This document shows, one piece after another, positions 39,518 to 50,508 of a DNA stretch of 64,000 nt. Location: NCBI GenBank assembly GCA_963665815.1, contig OY762463.1:1504001-1568000 (forward strand), written 5' to 3'. Each line of letters begins with the position of its first letter. Position 1 is the stretch's first letter. Origin of the DNA: Candidatus Cloacimonadales bacterium (GTDB lineage Bacteria > Cloacimonadota > Cloacimonadia > Cloacimonadales > JAIOQZ01). Position numbers and translations under genes: made by a program. The notes under the pieces were generated by a model. The model made no database searches. It saw nothing but the letters and a program-made list of their open reading frames with translations, and had not been told where the DNA came from.

Positions 39518-40966
39518 ATGTTAAAACTAAATCAGAATTTATCGCAAAAACAAGTTCAGAGACTTGAACTGAGACCTCAAATGCTTCAGTCCCTGCACCT
39601 GTTATCTCTTCCGGTCATGGAACTGGAAACTCACCTTAAGGAAGAATTGGTCAGTAATCCCATGTTGGAGATGAACGAACCTTCAGAGTCAGACAGTAAT
39701 GAAGCTTCTTCCGAAGAATCAAAAGAGAATGATACAGAAGATTCCTACGAAGATGAACTGCAAAAAACGATTGAAGAAGCAAACGAACTGAGTGAAATTT
39801 TGGATCAGTGGAATGATTATCATTCTGATTCCGGTTATGGTGCAAGCAGTGATGAGGATAAACCTAATCCTGAGCAATATCTGAAAGCGGCAGAGGATTT
39901 CAAAGAAGATTTCACAGAACAGCTTTTAGCTTTTGATCTGCCGGACAATGAATACGAGTATGCTTCTGAGCTGATTGACAGCTGCAATGCCCATGGATTC
40001 CTGAATAATCCCGAAGATATTCTTAACATTGCTGTTGAATATGATATATCCGAAGAACGGGCAGAAGAGATTCATCAGCTTATTCTTCATATTCAGCCTA
40101 AAGGTATAACTGCCCGTAATATAGAAGAATGCCTGATAGCTCAACTGTCAGAGAATCAGCTTAATGACCAGCTACTTGTAAATGTTATCAGCAATGACTT
40201 AAATTCTCTTCTGCACAGAAAATATAATCAGATTGCATCAAAATATAATTGCTCATTTAATGAAGTTATAGAATGCAAGGAAATTATATCAAAGCTTGAT
40301 CCTAAACCCGGAATGCGTCTTGTGCAGTCTGAAATAAGTTATATTGTTCCGGACATTATAATAAAGAAAATCGATAAGGAATATGAACTGATAATCAATG
40401 ACAGTTCAACTCCAAACATACGTATAAACAGAAATTACAATAAAATAATTAAATCTTTGAATAAAGATAGAAATGCTATTGGATATGTTCGCAATAAAAT
40501 AAATTCTGCGAAATTCCTTATAAGAGCATTATTCATGAGAAACCGTACCCTGGAAAGAGTTACAAGGGCAATCATTAACCATCAGAAGAACTTCTTTTAT
40601 AATGAGACAGGTATTCTCGAGCCAATGACATATGCTGTTATTGCAGAAGAACTTCAGGTTAACGAATCAACCATTTCAAGAGTAGTACGAACAAAATATG
40701 CGGATACTCCCTTTGGGCTTATGTGCCTGAAAGAGTTTTTCACATCATCTGCCGGAAAAGATAAAAACTATGATTCTGTATCCAGACAGATGGTAGAGAA
40801 AAACATAAGGGAATTAGTTGAAAATGAAGATAGAAAGAAACCCATCAGTGACCAGAATATTGCTAATATACTTAAAGAGAGAGGCATCAGTGTTTCACGA
40901 CGAGTTATAGCAAAGTACAGAGAGGAGATGGGGATTCTTAACAGTAGACTAAGGAGAAAAATGTGA
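39518..40966 (+). CDS. rpoN: RNA polymerase sigma-54 factor
   Basis: Gln/Leu-rich N-terminus, ESTISR, RpoN box SRRVIAKYRE. Confidence 0.97.
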   Translation: MLKLNQNLSQKQVQRLELRPQMLQSLHLLSLPVMELETHLKEELVSNPMLEMNEPSESDSNEASSEESKENDTEDSYEDELQKTIEEANELSEILDQWNDYHSDSGYGASSDEDKPNPEQYLKAAEDFKEDFTEQLLAFDLPDNEYEYASELIDSCNAHGFLNNPEDILNIAVEYDISEERAEEIHQLILHIQPKGITARNIEECLIAQLSENQLNDQLLVNVISNDLNSLLHRKYNQIASKYNCSFNEVIECKEIISKLDPKPGMRLVQSEISYIVPDIIIKKIDKEYELIINDSSTPNIRINRNYNKIIKSLNKDRNAIGYVRNKINSAKFLIRALFMRNRTLERVTRAIINHQKNFFYNETGILEPMTYAVIAEELQVNESTISRVVRTKYADTPFGLMCLKEFFTSSAGKDKNYDSVSRQMVEKNIRELVENEDRKKPISDQNIANILKERGISVSRRVIAKYREEMGILNSRLRRKM

Positions 40967-42363
40967 AAAAAAATAGCGTAGCTGTAATCGGTGGTGGTCC
41001 CGGTGGATACGCCACAGCAATTCGACTTCATCAATATGGGATTGACACCATTATCTTCGAGAAAGAAAGACTTGGTGGAGTATGCCTGAACTGGGGTTGC
41101 ATACCTACAAAAACACTGGTAAAATCAGCAGACATGTTTACAGAGATAAAAAAAGCTGCTGAATTTGGTATAAATGTTAATAATGCAGAAGTTGATTACA
41201 ATAAAGTATATGAGAGAAAAAACGGAGTTGTTGAGCAGCTTGTCAGCGGAATTGAATTTCTTTTCAAGAAAAGAAAAATCCCTGTCATCAACGAAATAGT
41301 AAATGTAGTTGAAAAAACTGAGAATGGCTTTAAAATTACAACAGGATCAGAGCAATACGCTGTTGATTATGTTATTGTTGCAACAGGTTCAAAACCTAAA
41401 GAACTTCCTTTCCTTAAGTTCAATGGAAACACTGTTCTTTCATCCAAAGACATCCTTAAAATGCAGGAGATCCCAAAGAGACTCGGAATAATTGGAGGTG
41501 GTGTAATCGGATGTGAATTTGCATCAATTTTTCATCAGTTCGGATCTGAAGTGGAAATTATCGAAATGCTGCCTGATCTTGTTATAGCTGAAGACAGAGA
41601 CGTAAGTAAGCGTCTGGCAATAGCATTAAAGAAATCAGGTATAAAACTTCATCTCAAATCCGGTGTAGAATCTGCTGAGGTTCTCGAAAATTCTGTGAAA
41701 CTTACAATGAACAAAGGAAAAGAGCTTGAGTTTGACAAAGTTCTGGTCAGTATAGGCAGAGCTCCCGTTTCGAATATTCAGTTCAAGAATTGCAACATTG
41801 AGTTAAATCAGGACGGATCAATCAAAATCAATGAGTCCATGGAAACAAATGAAACAGGTATCTATGCAATTGGTGATGTGACTGCAAAGATGATGCTGGC
41901 ACATACTGCAACAAAACAGGGACTTATTGCAGCGGAAATTCTGAAGAACAAAATTGCAGGAACAGATCACGACCCACATGCTTTAAATTATATGAATATC
42001 CCTCGTTGTACTTTCACTCATCCTGAAATTGGTTCCTGTGGTCTTACTCAAATGCAGGCCAAAGAAGAATATGGAGAAATAACTGTCAGTAAATTCCCTT
42101 TTACAGCTAACGGAAAAGCTCTTGGCATGGGAAATACATTCGGATTTGTAAAGTTCATTGCTCGAAATTCAGATAACTTGTTAGTTGGTGCTCATATAAT
42201 CGGTCCAAATGCTACAGAGTTAATAGCTGAAGCTGCAATACTCATTCAAACCGGTGCCAAAATAGAAACAGCTCATGATCTTGTGTTTGCACATCCTACT
42301 CTATCAGAAACAGTTGGAGAAGCAATTGAGGATCTTGAAAATCTTGCAATACATAAAGCTTAA
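40963..42363 (+). CDS. lpdA: Dihydrolipoyl dehydrogenase
   Basis: GGGPGGY, GGVCLNWGCIPTK, HPTLSE. Confidence 0.95.
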   Translation: MKKNSVAVIGGGPGGYATAIRLHQYGIDTIIFEKERLGGVCLNWGCIPTKTLVKSADMFTEIKKAAEFGINVNNAEVDYNKVYERKNGVVEQLVSGIEFLFKKRKIPVINEIVNVVEKTENGFKITTGSEQYAVDYVIVATGSKPKELPFLKFNGNTVLSSKDILKMQEIPKRLGIIGGGVIGCEFASIFHQFGSEVEIIEMLPDLVIAEDRDVSKRLAIALKKSGIKLHLKSGVESAEVLENSVKLTMNKGKELEFDKVLVSIGRAPVSNIQFKNCNIELNQDGSIKINESMETNETGIYAIGDVTAKMMLAHTATKQGLIAAEILKNKIAGTDHDPHALNYMNIPRCTFTHPEIGSCGLTQMQAKEEYGEITVSKFPFTANGKALGMGNTFGFVKFIARNSDNLLVGAHIIGPNATELIAEAAILIQTGAKIETAHDLVFAHPTLSETVGEAIEDLENLAIHKA

Positions 42364-42365
42364 CT

Positions 42366-43241
42366 ATGATAAAAAGAAAACCTGTCTGGCTGAAAACCAG
42401 AAGACTGGGTGATCGTAAAACTAGAGAGATTACTCAGGAATTAAGAAAACTGGGGCTGAAAACAGTCTGCGAAGATGCGTTATGTCCAAACAGAGGTGAA
42501 TGCTTCGGAAAAGGAACAGCTACCTTCATGATTCTGGGTAGTAACTGCACCCGAAACTGTCGATTCTGTTCAGTGGAAAAGAATAAAATTTTTCTTCCGC
42601 CAGACCCGAAAGAACCTGTAAAAATAGCCCTTTTTGCCAATAAACTTAAACTTAAACACGTTGTAATTACCACTGTCACAAGAGACGATCTTCCTGATGG
42701 AGGAGCAGATCAATTTGTGAAAGTGATAAACGAAATTCGCAATAAATGTGGAAATGAGACTACTATCGAAGTTCTTATTTCCGATTTGCAGGGAAATCAG
42801 GAAGCTCTGAAATCAATTCTTGATGCAAGCCCCGATATCCTGAATCACAATGTTGAGACAATACAGAGACTGTACCCTGAGATACGTCCGGAAGCGGATT
42901 ATTTCGGATCCTTGAAACTGTTGAAGTTCTCAGCAGAGTACAGCACTGACTATAAAACTAAAAGCGGTTTTATGGTAGGATTAGGAGAGACTAAAGAAGA
43001 AGTTGTTAGTTTGTTAAAGGATCTTTATGATCACAAGGTAAATGTTGTGACAATTGGTCAGTATATGCAGCCAACCAAAGCCCATATTCCGGTAAAGGAA
43101 TATGTTCATCCCGATACATTCAGGTATTATCATGATGTAGGTATGGAAATGGGATTTCTTGCTGTAGAATCAGGACCCTTAGTCAGAAGCTCTTATTTAG
43201 CGGAAAAAACTATGAAAGAAATCCGCAAAATATCGTTATAA
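42366..43241 (+). CDS. lipA: Lipoyl synthase
   Basis: CEDALCPNRGEC, CTRNCRFC, RSSY. Confidence 0.97.
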   Translation: MIKRKPVWLKTRRLGDRKTREITQELRKLGLKTVCEDALCPNRGECFGKGTATFMILGSNCTRNCRFCSVEKNKIFLPPDPKEPVKIALFANKLKLKHVVITTVTRDDLPDGGADQFVKVINEIRNKCGNETTIEVLISDLQGNQEALKSILDASPDILNHNVETIQRLYPEIRPEADYFGSLKLLKFSAEYSTDYKTKSGFMVGLGETKEEVVSLLKDLYDHKVNVVTIGQYMQPTKAHIPVKEYVHPDTFRYYHDVGMEMGFLAVESGPLVRSSYLAEKTMKEIRKISL

Positions 43242-43304
43242 TAATGATTCATATTCTTTTCAGTATGATTATGTAACTTATTAAAAGAAAGAAAGGGGAA
43301 AATT

Positions 43305-43838
43305 ATGCAAATTACAATCACTGCTCGACACTTTGATCTTACAAAAGCTATTCGCGATTACGTTGAAAACGCATGCGACAAACTTGATAAGTATTTTGAT
43401 CAAATTATCAACATTCATTTAACTCTGTCTCTCGAAAAAGGGAGAAATCGGGTAGAGATGAGCTTGCACGCTTCACATTATAATCTTCATTGTGAAGCGG
43501 AAGAAAGAGATATGTACCTTGCCGTGGGAATAGCCATTGAAAAAATGGAAATACAGCTAAAAAAACTAAAAGATAAAGTTACAGATCATCAGAAAAAGAG
43601 ATTGAAAGAGGAAGCTCACTTTGTATATGCAAATTTATTCCAGAATCAACCTGATGAAAAACCAAAGAAAATGATTAAAACAAAAAGAATCGTTGCTGAG
43701 GTTATGACAGTTGATGATGCAATGAAAAAATTTACTAATCTGAAAGATCCATATCTTATATTCAAGAATGTAGAATCCGACAGGATTAACGTTCTTGTCA
43801 AGAAAGACGAAGAGCACTTCAAATTGCTTGAACCATAA
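43305..43838 (+). CDS. hpf: Ribosome hibernation promoting factor (long HPF)
   Basis: MQITITARHFDLTKAIRDYV...DMYLAV; C-terminal extension. Confidence 0.9.
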   Translation: MQITITARHFDLTKAIRDYVENACDKLDKYFDQIINIHLTLSLEKGRNRVEMSLHASHYNLHCEAEERDMYLAVGIAIEKMEIQLKKLKDKVTDHQKKRLKEEAHFVYANLFQNQPDEKPKKMIKTKRIVAEVMTVDDAMKKFTNLKDPYLIFKNVESDRINVLVKKDEEHFKLLEP

Positions 43839-43844
43839 TCATTT

Positions 43845-43872
43845 TGCAGATGGGCCTTCGGGCTCATCTGCA
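43845..43872 (+). other. Stable cUUCGg tetraloop hairpin between hpf and hprK
   Basis: TGCAGATGGGCC-TTCG-GGCTCATCTGCA; no downstream U-tract. Confidence 0.65.
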
Positions 43873-43890
43873 TAATCCAAAGGAACCAGA

Positions 43891-44844
43891 ATGAAAAACT
43901 TCACAGTAAAAGAATTCTTCGAAGATAAACGAAAAGATTTTACCCTTTCGGTTATTACATCAAGTTCCACTTTGAACAATAAAATCACCGATCCGCAACT
44001 GAACAGACCCGGTCTGGCACTTTCAGGATATCTCGATAGATTTTCATACAACAGAGTACAGATACTTGGTGAAACAGAAATCACCTATATGCAGTCACTT
44101 CAGGATAAAGAACTGTATAATCGTCTCAAGGAAATGTTTGAATACAGTATCCCATGTATAATTGTCACAAAAGGTCTTTCAGTACCTCATCAGATGGAAT
44201 ATCTGGCCAATGAAATGAATATTGCCATACTAATAAGCAGACTTTCTACAGAAAAGCTGTTCAATGGTCTTAACAGATATTTCAGAGCGTACTTTGCTCC
44301 AAGAAAATCAATTCATGGAACTCTGGTAGACGTTTTTGGTGCCGGAGTCCTGATTACCGGTTCCAGCGGTATTGGTAAAAGTGAGTGCGCACTGGACCTT
44401 GTTGAACGTGGTCACAGACTTATTGTTGATGACCTGGTACAGATCGTTCAGTCAGATGAGATGCTGTTTGGAAGTTCTGCCAAAAAGAATATGGGCTGGT
44501 TTATGGAGATTCGTGGAGTTGGTATTGTTGACATTGAAAGAATGTTTGGTATCCAGGCTGTGCGTAGAGAGAAGAAACTTTCAATTCAGATAGAGCTGAT
44601 GCCCTGGCGAGACAACATGGACTACGAAAGAATTGGTCTGAAGAATAACTATGTCAGCTATCATGGTATAAACATTCCGGTAATTTACCTGCCTGTTTCA
44701 CCTGGTAAGAATGTATCTGTGATTATTGAAGTTGTTGCAATGAATCAGATGCTGAAATCCTTCGGATACGATGCAGCAGAAGCCTACGTAAGAAGGCTTC
44801 AGAATGAAATAAAAAAGAAAACTCTGGATAAAAAGGGACTATAA
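43891..44844 (+). CDS. hprK: HPr kinase/phosphorylase
   Basis: RPGLALSG, GSSGIGKSE, MEIRGVGI, PVSPGKN. Confidence 0.97.
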   Translation: MKNFTVKEFFEDKRKDFTLSVITSSSTLNNKITDPQLNRPGLALSGYLDRFSYNRVQILGETEITYMQSLQDKELYNRLKEMFEYSIPCIIVTKGLSVPHQMEYLANEMNIAILISRLSTEKLFNGLNRYFRAYFAPRKSIHGTLVDVFGAGVLITGSSGIGKSECALDLVERGHRLIVDDLVQIVQSDEMLFGSSAKKNMGWFMEIRGVGIVDIERMFGIQAVRREKKLSIQIELMPWRDNMDYERIGLKNNYVSYHGINIPVIYLPVSPGKNVSVIIEVVAMNQMLKSFGYDAAEAYVRRLQNEIKKKTLDKKGL

Positions 44845-44846
44845 AT

Positions 44847-45113
44847 ATGACAGAGAAATTATGCAAAGTTGAAAATGAGTTAGGGCTGCATGCCAGACCT
44901 TGTAGTATATTGGTCCAGATATCCAATAAGTTTCGTTCCGATATTAGAATTATCAGAGATGATTTTGAAGTTAACGGTAAAAGCATTATGGGTGTCATGA
45001 CTCTTGCGGCAGAACAGGGAACTGAATTAATAGTAAGAGCTACCGGAGTTGATGAAGAATATGCAATAAGGGAAATATGTAATCTGTTTGAAACAAAATT
45101 CGGTGAGGATTAA
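44847..45113 (+). CDS. ptsH: Phosphocarrier protein HPr
   Basis: GLHARP (His15) and KSIMG (Ser46). Confidence 0.95.
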   Translation: MTEKLCKVENELGLHARPCSILVQISNKFRSDIRIIRDDFEVNGKSIMGVMTLAAEQGTELIVRATGVDEEYAIREICNLFETKFGED

Positions 45114-46853
45114 ATGGAAAAAATTAAAGGTACAGTTATTTCTACCGGTATCGGAATTGGACCTTCCTATTATATTGAGTCTCAGAAGTTTGATTTTGAG
45201 TGTAATACTATTGAAAAAGATGACATTGCAAATGAAGAACAGAGATTTTACAAGGGCATTGAAAATGTAACTCAGGATATAGATAATTTGATAGAGAATT
45301 TTGCATTCACAGAAGATGATAAAGAAATTTTATATACACATAAACTGATTCTGGAAGATCCTGAATTGAAATCAGGTGTACAGCAGCTCATTGGTAAAGA
45401 ACTGATATGTCTTGAATACGCTATATTCAAGCACTTTTCAAAAATCATTGGTATCTTTGAAAATATGCAGAATGATTATTACTCTCAACGTGCATATGAC
45501 TATAAAGAAGTTGCTCAGAGACTTTTAAACAACCTGACCGGTAAGGAATCATTCAATCTACAGGATATTAGTCCGGGCAATATTATTATAATAAACGAAA
45601 TTCCTGCATCAATGGTCAGCCTTCTCTCAAAGAAAGGCATTGCAGGCATTGTATCCAATAACACCGGTAAAGCCTGTCATGCAGCAATCATCGCCAGATC
45701 ATTATCTATTCCCGTTTTATCAGGGATCAATCTTTGCGGTAAATTACCAAACGGAACAAAGATAATCCTGGACGCACTGAAAGGCTTTATTGTTGTCAGT
45801 CCTATTCAGGATACACTTGATCATTACAAGAAAATTATAAAAAAAGAGGCTGTTGCCAAAGAACATCTGGAACAGATCAAAAATCTGCCTACCGAGACAA
45901 AGGATGGTGACAGAATATTATTGAAAAGCAATATAGAATATCCTTCTGAAGTTGACTCAGTACTTGAAGTTAATTCTGATGGTATCGGATTATTCAGAAC
46001 GGAATTCATGTATCTTAACAGAAGTGAGTTCCCTGCGGAGAATGAGCAATTTGCCGTGTATAAAAAAATTGCAGAGGACATTTACCCAAATCCGGTTACA
46101 ATAAGAACCATCGATATTGGAGGAGATAAACTTTCCAGTCTTATACATTTCAGAAAAGAAAAAAATCCTAATCTGGGAATGCGTGGAATCAGACTTTCAC
46201 TGCAAAATATCGGAATGTTCAAAGTTCAGATGAGAGCCATTCTCAGAGCTTCCGCTTTTGGGAATATCAAGATTCTTGTACCAATGATTTCAATGGTATC
46301 TGAGCTCAGAGAAATAAAGAAGATTATTAATGAGATAAAATCTGAACTGGATGAGAATAACATTCTTTATGGAGAAAATATTCCCCTTGGCATAATGATT
46401 GAAATTCCTGCTGCGGTCATAATTGCAGACCTTCTGGCAAAGGAATGTGATTTTTTCAGTATAGGTACTAATGACCTGATACAGTATTCTCTCGCTGTTG
46501 ACAGAGAAAGTAAAAACATTGAATCATATTACACGCCTTATCATCCTGCGATTCTCAGACTGATAAATCAAACTGTTGACAGTGCACAAAAAGCCGGAAT
46601 TGATGTATCTGTTTGTGGAGAAATAGCTTCGGAATCCAATTTCATACCATTTTTAGTTGCAACTGGAATTAAAGAGCTGAGTGTGTTACCTAGCCTGCAT
46701 CTTAAAACAAAGGCGTGTATTCGTATGATGTCAAATGAAGATAACGAAAACAGATTAAAAGACCTTTTATTGGAAGACAATACAGAAAACATAGAGAATA
46801 TGCTGCATCTATGGTGTAGAGAAATTATAAAAAATAGCGATCCGGAGGCTTAA
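45114..46853 (+). CDS. ptsI: PTS enzyme I
   Basis: CHAAIIARS, GIGLFRTEF, DIGGDK, SIGTNDLIQY, CGE. Confidence 0.95.
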   Translation: MEKIKGTVISTGIGIGPSYYIESQKFDFECNTIEKDDIANEEQRFYKGIENVTQDIDNLIENFAFTEDDKEILYTHKLILEDPELKSGVQQLIGKELICLEYAIFKHFSKIIGIFENMQNDYYSQRAYDYKEVAQRLLNNLTGKESFNLQDISPGNIIIINEIPASMVSLLSKKGIAGIVSNNTGKACHAAIIARSLSIPVLSGINLCGKLPNGTKIILDALKGFIVVSPIQDTLDHYKKIIKKEAVAKEHLEQIKNLPTETKDGDRILLKSNIEYPSEVDSVLEVNSDGIGLFRTEFMYLNRSEFPAENEQFAVYKKIAEDIYPNPVTIRTIDIGGDKLSSLIHFRKEKNPNLGMRGIRLSLQNIGMFKVQMRAILRASAFGNIKILVPMISMVSELREIKKIINEIKSELDENNILYGENIPLGIMIEIPAAVIIADLLAKECDFFSIGTNDLIQYSLAVDRESKNIESYYTPYHPAILRLINQTVDSAQKAGIDVSVCGEIASESNFIPFLVATGIKELSVLPSLHLKTKACIRMMSNEDNENRLKDLLLEDNTENIENMLHLWCREIIKNSDPEA

Positions 46854-46858
46854 AACAT

Positions 46859-48235
46859 ATGAGTGATAATGCTATAAAATTTGATTATGCAAATCTTCTA
46901 TATTCCAATAAGTTCATCAAAGGGCTTAAAATAGAGGATATAAAAAAATATGGAAATATAATAAACTCTGCACATAATGAAATTCTCCTTGATATCGATA
47001 ATGATATTCTTGGTTTTTATTCACTTCCTGAGCAGAATACGGATCATATTACCGATTATATAAATTCTCTTGGAGACAGGTTTGATACATTTGTTGTTCT
47101 GGGAATTGGCGGTTCTGCTCTTGGAAACACTGCCGTTTATAATGCTCTCAGAACACCGGCAGGATTAAAACGCAAACTGTATGTTGCAGATAATGTAGAC
47201 CCTTATCTGTTAAATGATATTTTGAATAAAATTGATATTAATAAAACCCTGTTTAATGTTATAACCAAATCCGGTTCTACTGCCGAAACCATGGCAGTAT
47301 ACATGATTGTTCTTGATATTCTGAAAAAAACTTTCCCTGACAACTTTAAAGAAAGAATCATCATCACAACAGATGCTGAAAAGGGATTTCTCAGACAGAA
47401 GATTAAAGCCGAAGGATTCAAGGACTTCGTTGTTCCTGATAATGTTGGGGGTAGATTTTCCGTTCTCACAGATGTTGGATTAGTATCAAGTGCATTCACA
47501 GGAATTAACATTGATAATCTTCTTGCAGGCGCAGCTATAATGAAAGAGAAATGCCTTAAAGAAGATATCCTGCAGAATCCGGCTTATCTGAATGGGCTTA
47601 TTCACTACGATCTCATGCAGAAAGGTTATAACATATCAGTAATGATGCCATACTCGAATCCATTGATTGATTTTGCTGACTGGTATCGTCAGTTATGGGC
47701 AGAGAGCCTTGGTAAAAAGTACAATGTATCAGGTCAGGAAATTTGTGTTGGTCAGACTCCGGTCAAAGCATTAGGTACAACGGATCAGCACTCTCAGGTG
47801 CAGTTGTATAAAGAAGGACCTGACGACAAGGTATTCACATTCATGACAGTGGAAAACTATAATATAGATTATAAAATCCCGGATATAATGACAGACAGAC
47901 CTGAAGTGAATTATCTGAACTCCAAAATGCTGAGCAGTCTCCTTAATAATGAAAGACTTGCAACCGAAATAGCATTGACAGATTCAGGCAAACCAAATTG
48001 TAATTTAGTATTTCCTGAAATTAACGAGTTCACAATTGGTCAATTTATATTTATGTATGAGGTCCAAACAGTATTCACGGGTAAACTTTTAAAAGTCAAT
48101 CCATTAGATCAGCCCGGAGTTGAAGCCGGCAAAATTGCAACCTATGCATTAATGGAAAAAAAGGGATTTGAGCAGCAAAAAGCTGAAATAGACAATTATC
48201 TTGAAAATAAATCAGAAAGGAAATATATAATATGA
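46859..48235 (+). CDS. pgi: Glucose-6-phosphate isomerase
   Basis: LGIGGS, TKSGST, VGGRFS, QLWAESLGK, DQPGVEAGK. Confidence 0.95.
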   Translation: MSDNAIKFDYANLLYSNKFIKGLKIEDIKKYGNIINSAHNEILLDIDNDILGFYSLPEQNTDHITDYINSLGDRFDTFVVLGIGGSALGNTAVYNALRTPAGLKRKLYVADNVDPYLLNDILNKIDINKTLFNVITKSGSTAETMAVYMIVLDILKKTFPDNFKERIIITTDAEKGFLRQKIKAEGFKDFVVPDNVGGRFSVLTDVGLVSSAFTGINIDNLLAGAAIMKEKCLKEDILQNPAYLNGLIHYDLMQKGYNISVMMPYSNPLIDFADWYRQLWAESLGKKYNVSGQEICVGQTPVKALGTTDQHSQVQLYKEGPDDKVFTFMTVENYNIDYKIPDIMTDRPEVNYLNSKMLSSLLNNERLATEIALTDSGKPNCNLVFPEINEFTIGQFIFMYEVQTVFTGKLLKVNPLDQPGVEAGKIATYALMEKKGFEQQKAEIDNYLENKSERKYII

Positions 48236-49269
48236 GCAGTATAAACTTCGATTATACATTAGATAAAGATGATATGTATCACAAGATCATTCATCTTCCA
48301 GAGCAAATTCTTAAAGCATATAATGAAGTTACTTTCCATAACAAAGATTGCAAATCTGGTGAAATTAATCGAATTGTAATCTGCGGAATGGGAGGATCAG
48401 CCATATCTGCTGACATTGCAAAAACAGCTTTGATTAACAAAATTCCGGTGGAAGTTGTAAAGGACTACTATCCCGGATACATTGACAGTAAAACATTGTT
48501 TATTGCTATCAGTTATTCTGGTAATACAGAAGAAACCGTATCATGCCTTAAAGAAGCAATGAAAAAGACAGATAATATTGCAGCTATAACTTCAGGTGGT
48601 CTTGTGAAAGACATCGTTTGTGATAAGTATACCTGGATAGAACTTATTCCGGGATACCCACCAAGATCAGCTATCGGTTTTCTGTTCTTCTCTCTTGTGA
48701 GATTACTTGAACATTTTTCAATAATGGATGATCAGGCAGAAACTGTTAAGCTTACAGTGGCAAATCTTATTGCAAAGGCAGGTGCAGTCGCTCAAGTTGT
48801 TGAAGACGAAAGAAATCTTGCAAAAACAAGTGCGGCAAAAATTCATGGTAAAGTTCCATTGGTGTATGCAAGTAATCCTACATATAATGCCCTTGCTTAC
48901 AGATGGAAATGTCAAATAAACGAAAATGCTAAATATCCTGCATTTCACCATAGTTTTTCAGAAATGAATCATAACGAAATAGAAGCCTGGGAAAACCAGA
49001 ATATGAATAAATTGTTCATACCTATTTTTCTCTCAGAATTCAAACTCGAAAAACAATATAAAAACAGAACTCAAGCTGTGAAGAAAATATTCGAAGATAA
49101 TAGTGTAGAATATCTGGAATTCTTTGTTGAAGGATCATCATTTATTGAAAAATTCTTCTCTTTGTGCTATCTTGGAGATATTATCAGCTTCTATCTGGCT
49201 CTCCTGGACAAAGCAGATCCAACTGCAATTGAATTCATTTACAGACTTAAAAAAGAAATTACAGCATAA
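48232..49269 (+). CDS. Bifunctional phosphoglucose/phosphomannose isomerase
   Basis: GMGGSA, SYSGNTEET, RWKCQINENAK, EMNHNE. Confidence 0.9.
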   Translation: MSSINFDYTLDKDDMYHKIIHLPEQILKAYNEVTFHNKDCKSGEINRIVICGMGGSAISADIAKTALINKIPVEVVKDYYPGYIDSKTLFIAISYSGNTEETVSCLKEAMKKTDNIAAITSGGLVKDIVCDKYTWIELIPGYPPRSAIGFLFFSLVRLLEHFSIMDDQAETVKLTVANLIAKAGAVAQVVEDERNLAKTSAAKIHGKVPLVYASNPTYNALAYRWKCQINENAKYPAFHHSFSEMNHNEIEAWENQNMNKLFIPIFLSEFKLEKQYKNRTQAVKKIFEDNSVEYLEFFVEGSSFIEKFFSLCYLGDIISFYLALLDKADPTAIEFIYRLKKEITA

Positions 49270-49280
49270 TGGAGTAGATT

Positions 49281-50453
49281 ATGATTAAAAACAGACATTT
49301 ATTCACCTCGGAATCTGTTACAGAAGGTCATCCTGACAAACTCGCTGATCAGATTTCTGATGCAATACTTGATGCAATTTTTTCTAAAGACAGCTATGCA
49401 AGAGTTGCCTGCGAAACTTTCGTAACAACTGGTCTCGCAATGGTTGGTGGGGAAATAACAACTTGCTGCTATGTAGATATTCCTGATGTGGTTAGAAATA
49501 CGATCAAAGAAATTGGCTATACAGATGCTGATTATGGAATTGATGCAAAAACATGTGCAGTTATAACAACAATAGACAGACAATCTCCCGACATAGCAAT
49601 GGGGGTAGACAAATCCAGTGATCACGAGCAAGGTGCCGGTGACCAGGGAATGATGTTCGGATATGCAACTAATGAAACAGACGTTCTTATGCCGCTTCCT
49701 GTGCACCTGTCTCACAGACTGGCAGAAAGACTGGCTTTCGTCAGAAAAGGGGATGCAAACAATCTTCCTATGCTCAAATACCTGAGACCGGATGGTAAAA
49801 CACAGGTTACAGTCGAATATGAAAACAAAAAACCTCTCAGAGTTGATACAGTAGTAATATCTACTCAACATGATCCTGATGTAACTTTGGAACAAATTCG
49901 TGAAGATATGATAAATCACGTTATAAAGGAAGTTGTCCCTGCTGAGCTTCTTGATGATAATACAAAATTCTTTGTCAATCCAACAGGAAGATTCGTGCTT
50001 GGAGGTCCTCATGCAGACACCGGATTAACAGGGAGAAAAATCATTGTAGACACTTACGGTGGTATGGGACTTCATGGTGGAGGAGCTTTCTCCGGAAAAG
50101 ATCCATCAAAAGTAGATAGATCCGCTGCATACATGGCGCGTTACATTGCTAAAAATATTGTTGGTGCCGGTGTTGCCGATGAATGTGAAGTTCAGCTTGC
50201 TTATGCAATAGGTGTTGCAAATCCTGTATCAGTTATGGTAAACACATTCGGTTCAGGTACAATTGCGGATGAGAAAATCGTTGAGATTATCCGCAAAGTA
50301 TTTCCATTAACACCTGAAGGTATCATTGAACATCTGAAGTTACGCAGACCTATTTATAAAAAGACTGCTGCTTATGGTCATTTCGGTAGGGAGCTTGAAA
50401 ACTTCACATGGGAAAAACTGGATAAAGTAGATACAATTAAGAAGATGATATAA
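49281..50453 (+). CDS. metK: S-adenosylmethionine synthetase
   Basis: [28 protein letters not shown]. Confidence 0.98.
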   Translation: MIKNRHLFTSESVTEGHPDKLADQISDAILDAIFSKDSYARVACETFVTTGLAMVGGEITTCCYVDIPDVVRNTIKEIGYTDADYGIDAKTCAVITTIDRQSPDIAMGVDKSSDHEQGAGDQGMMFGYATNETDVLMPLPVHLSHRLAERLAFVRKGDANNLPMLKYLRPDGKTQVTVEYENKKPLRVDTVVISTQHDPDVTLEQIREDMINHVIKEVVPAELLDDNTKFFVNPTGRFVLGGPHADTGLTGRKIIVDTYGGMGLHGGGAFSGKDPSKVDRSAAYMARYIAKNIVGAGVADECEVQLAYAIGVANPVSVMVNTFGSGTIADEKIVEIIRKVFPLTPEGIIEHLKLRRPIYKKTAAYGHFGRELENFTWEKLDKVDTIKKMI

Positions 50454-50461
50454 ACTATTTT

Positions 50462-50485
50462 GAGGGAGAGCAATCTCCCTCTTTT
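50462..50485 (+). terminator. Rho-independent terminator after metK
   Basis: GAGGGAGA-GCAA-TCTCCCTC-TTTT. Confidence 0.8.
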
Positions 50486-50508
50486 AACACAAAAGCAAGC
50501 GGAGCCCT

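Noticed and set aside
49281-50453. SAM riboswitch upstream of metK
   Set aside because: Only 11 nt separate metK from the upstream gene
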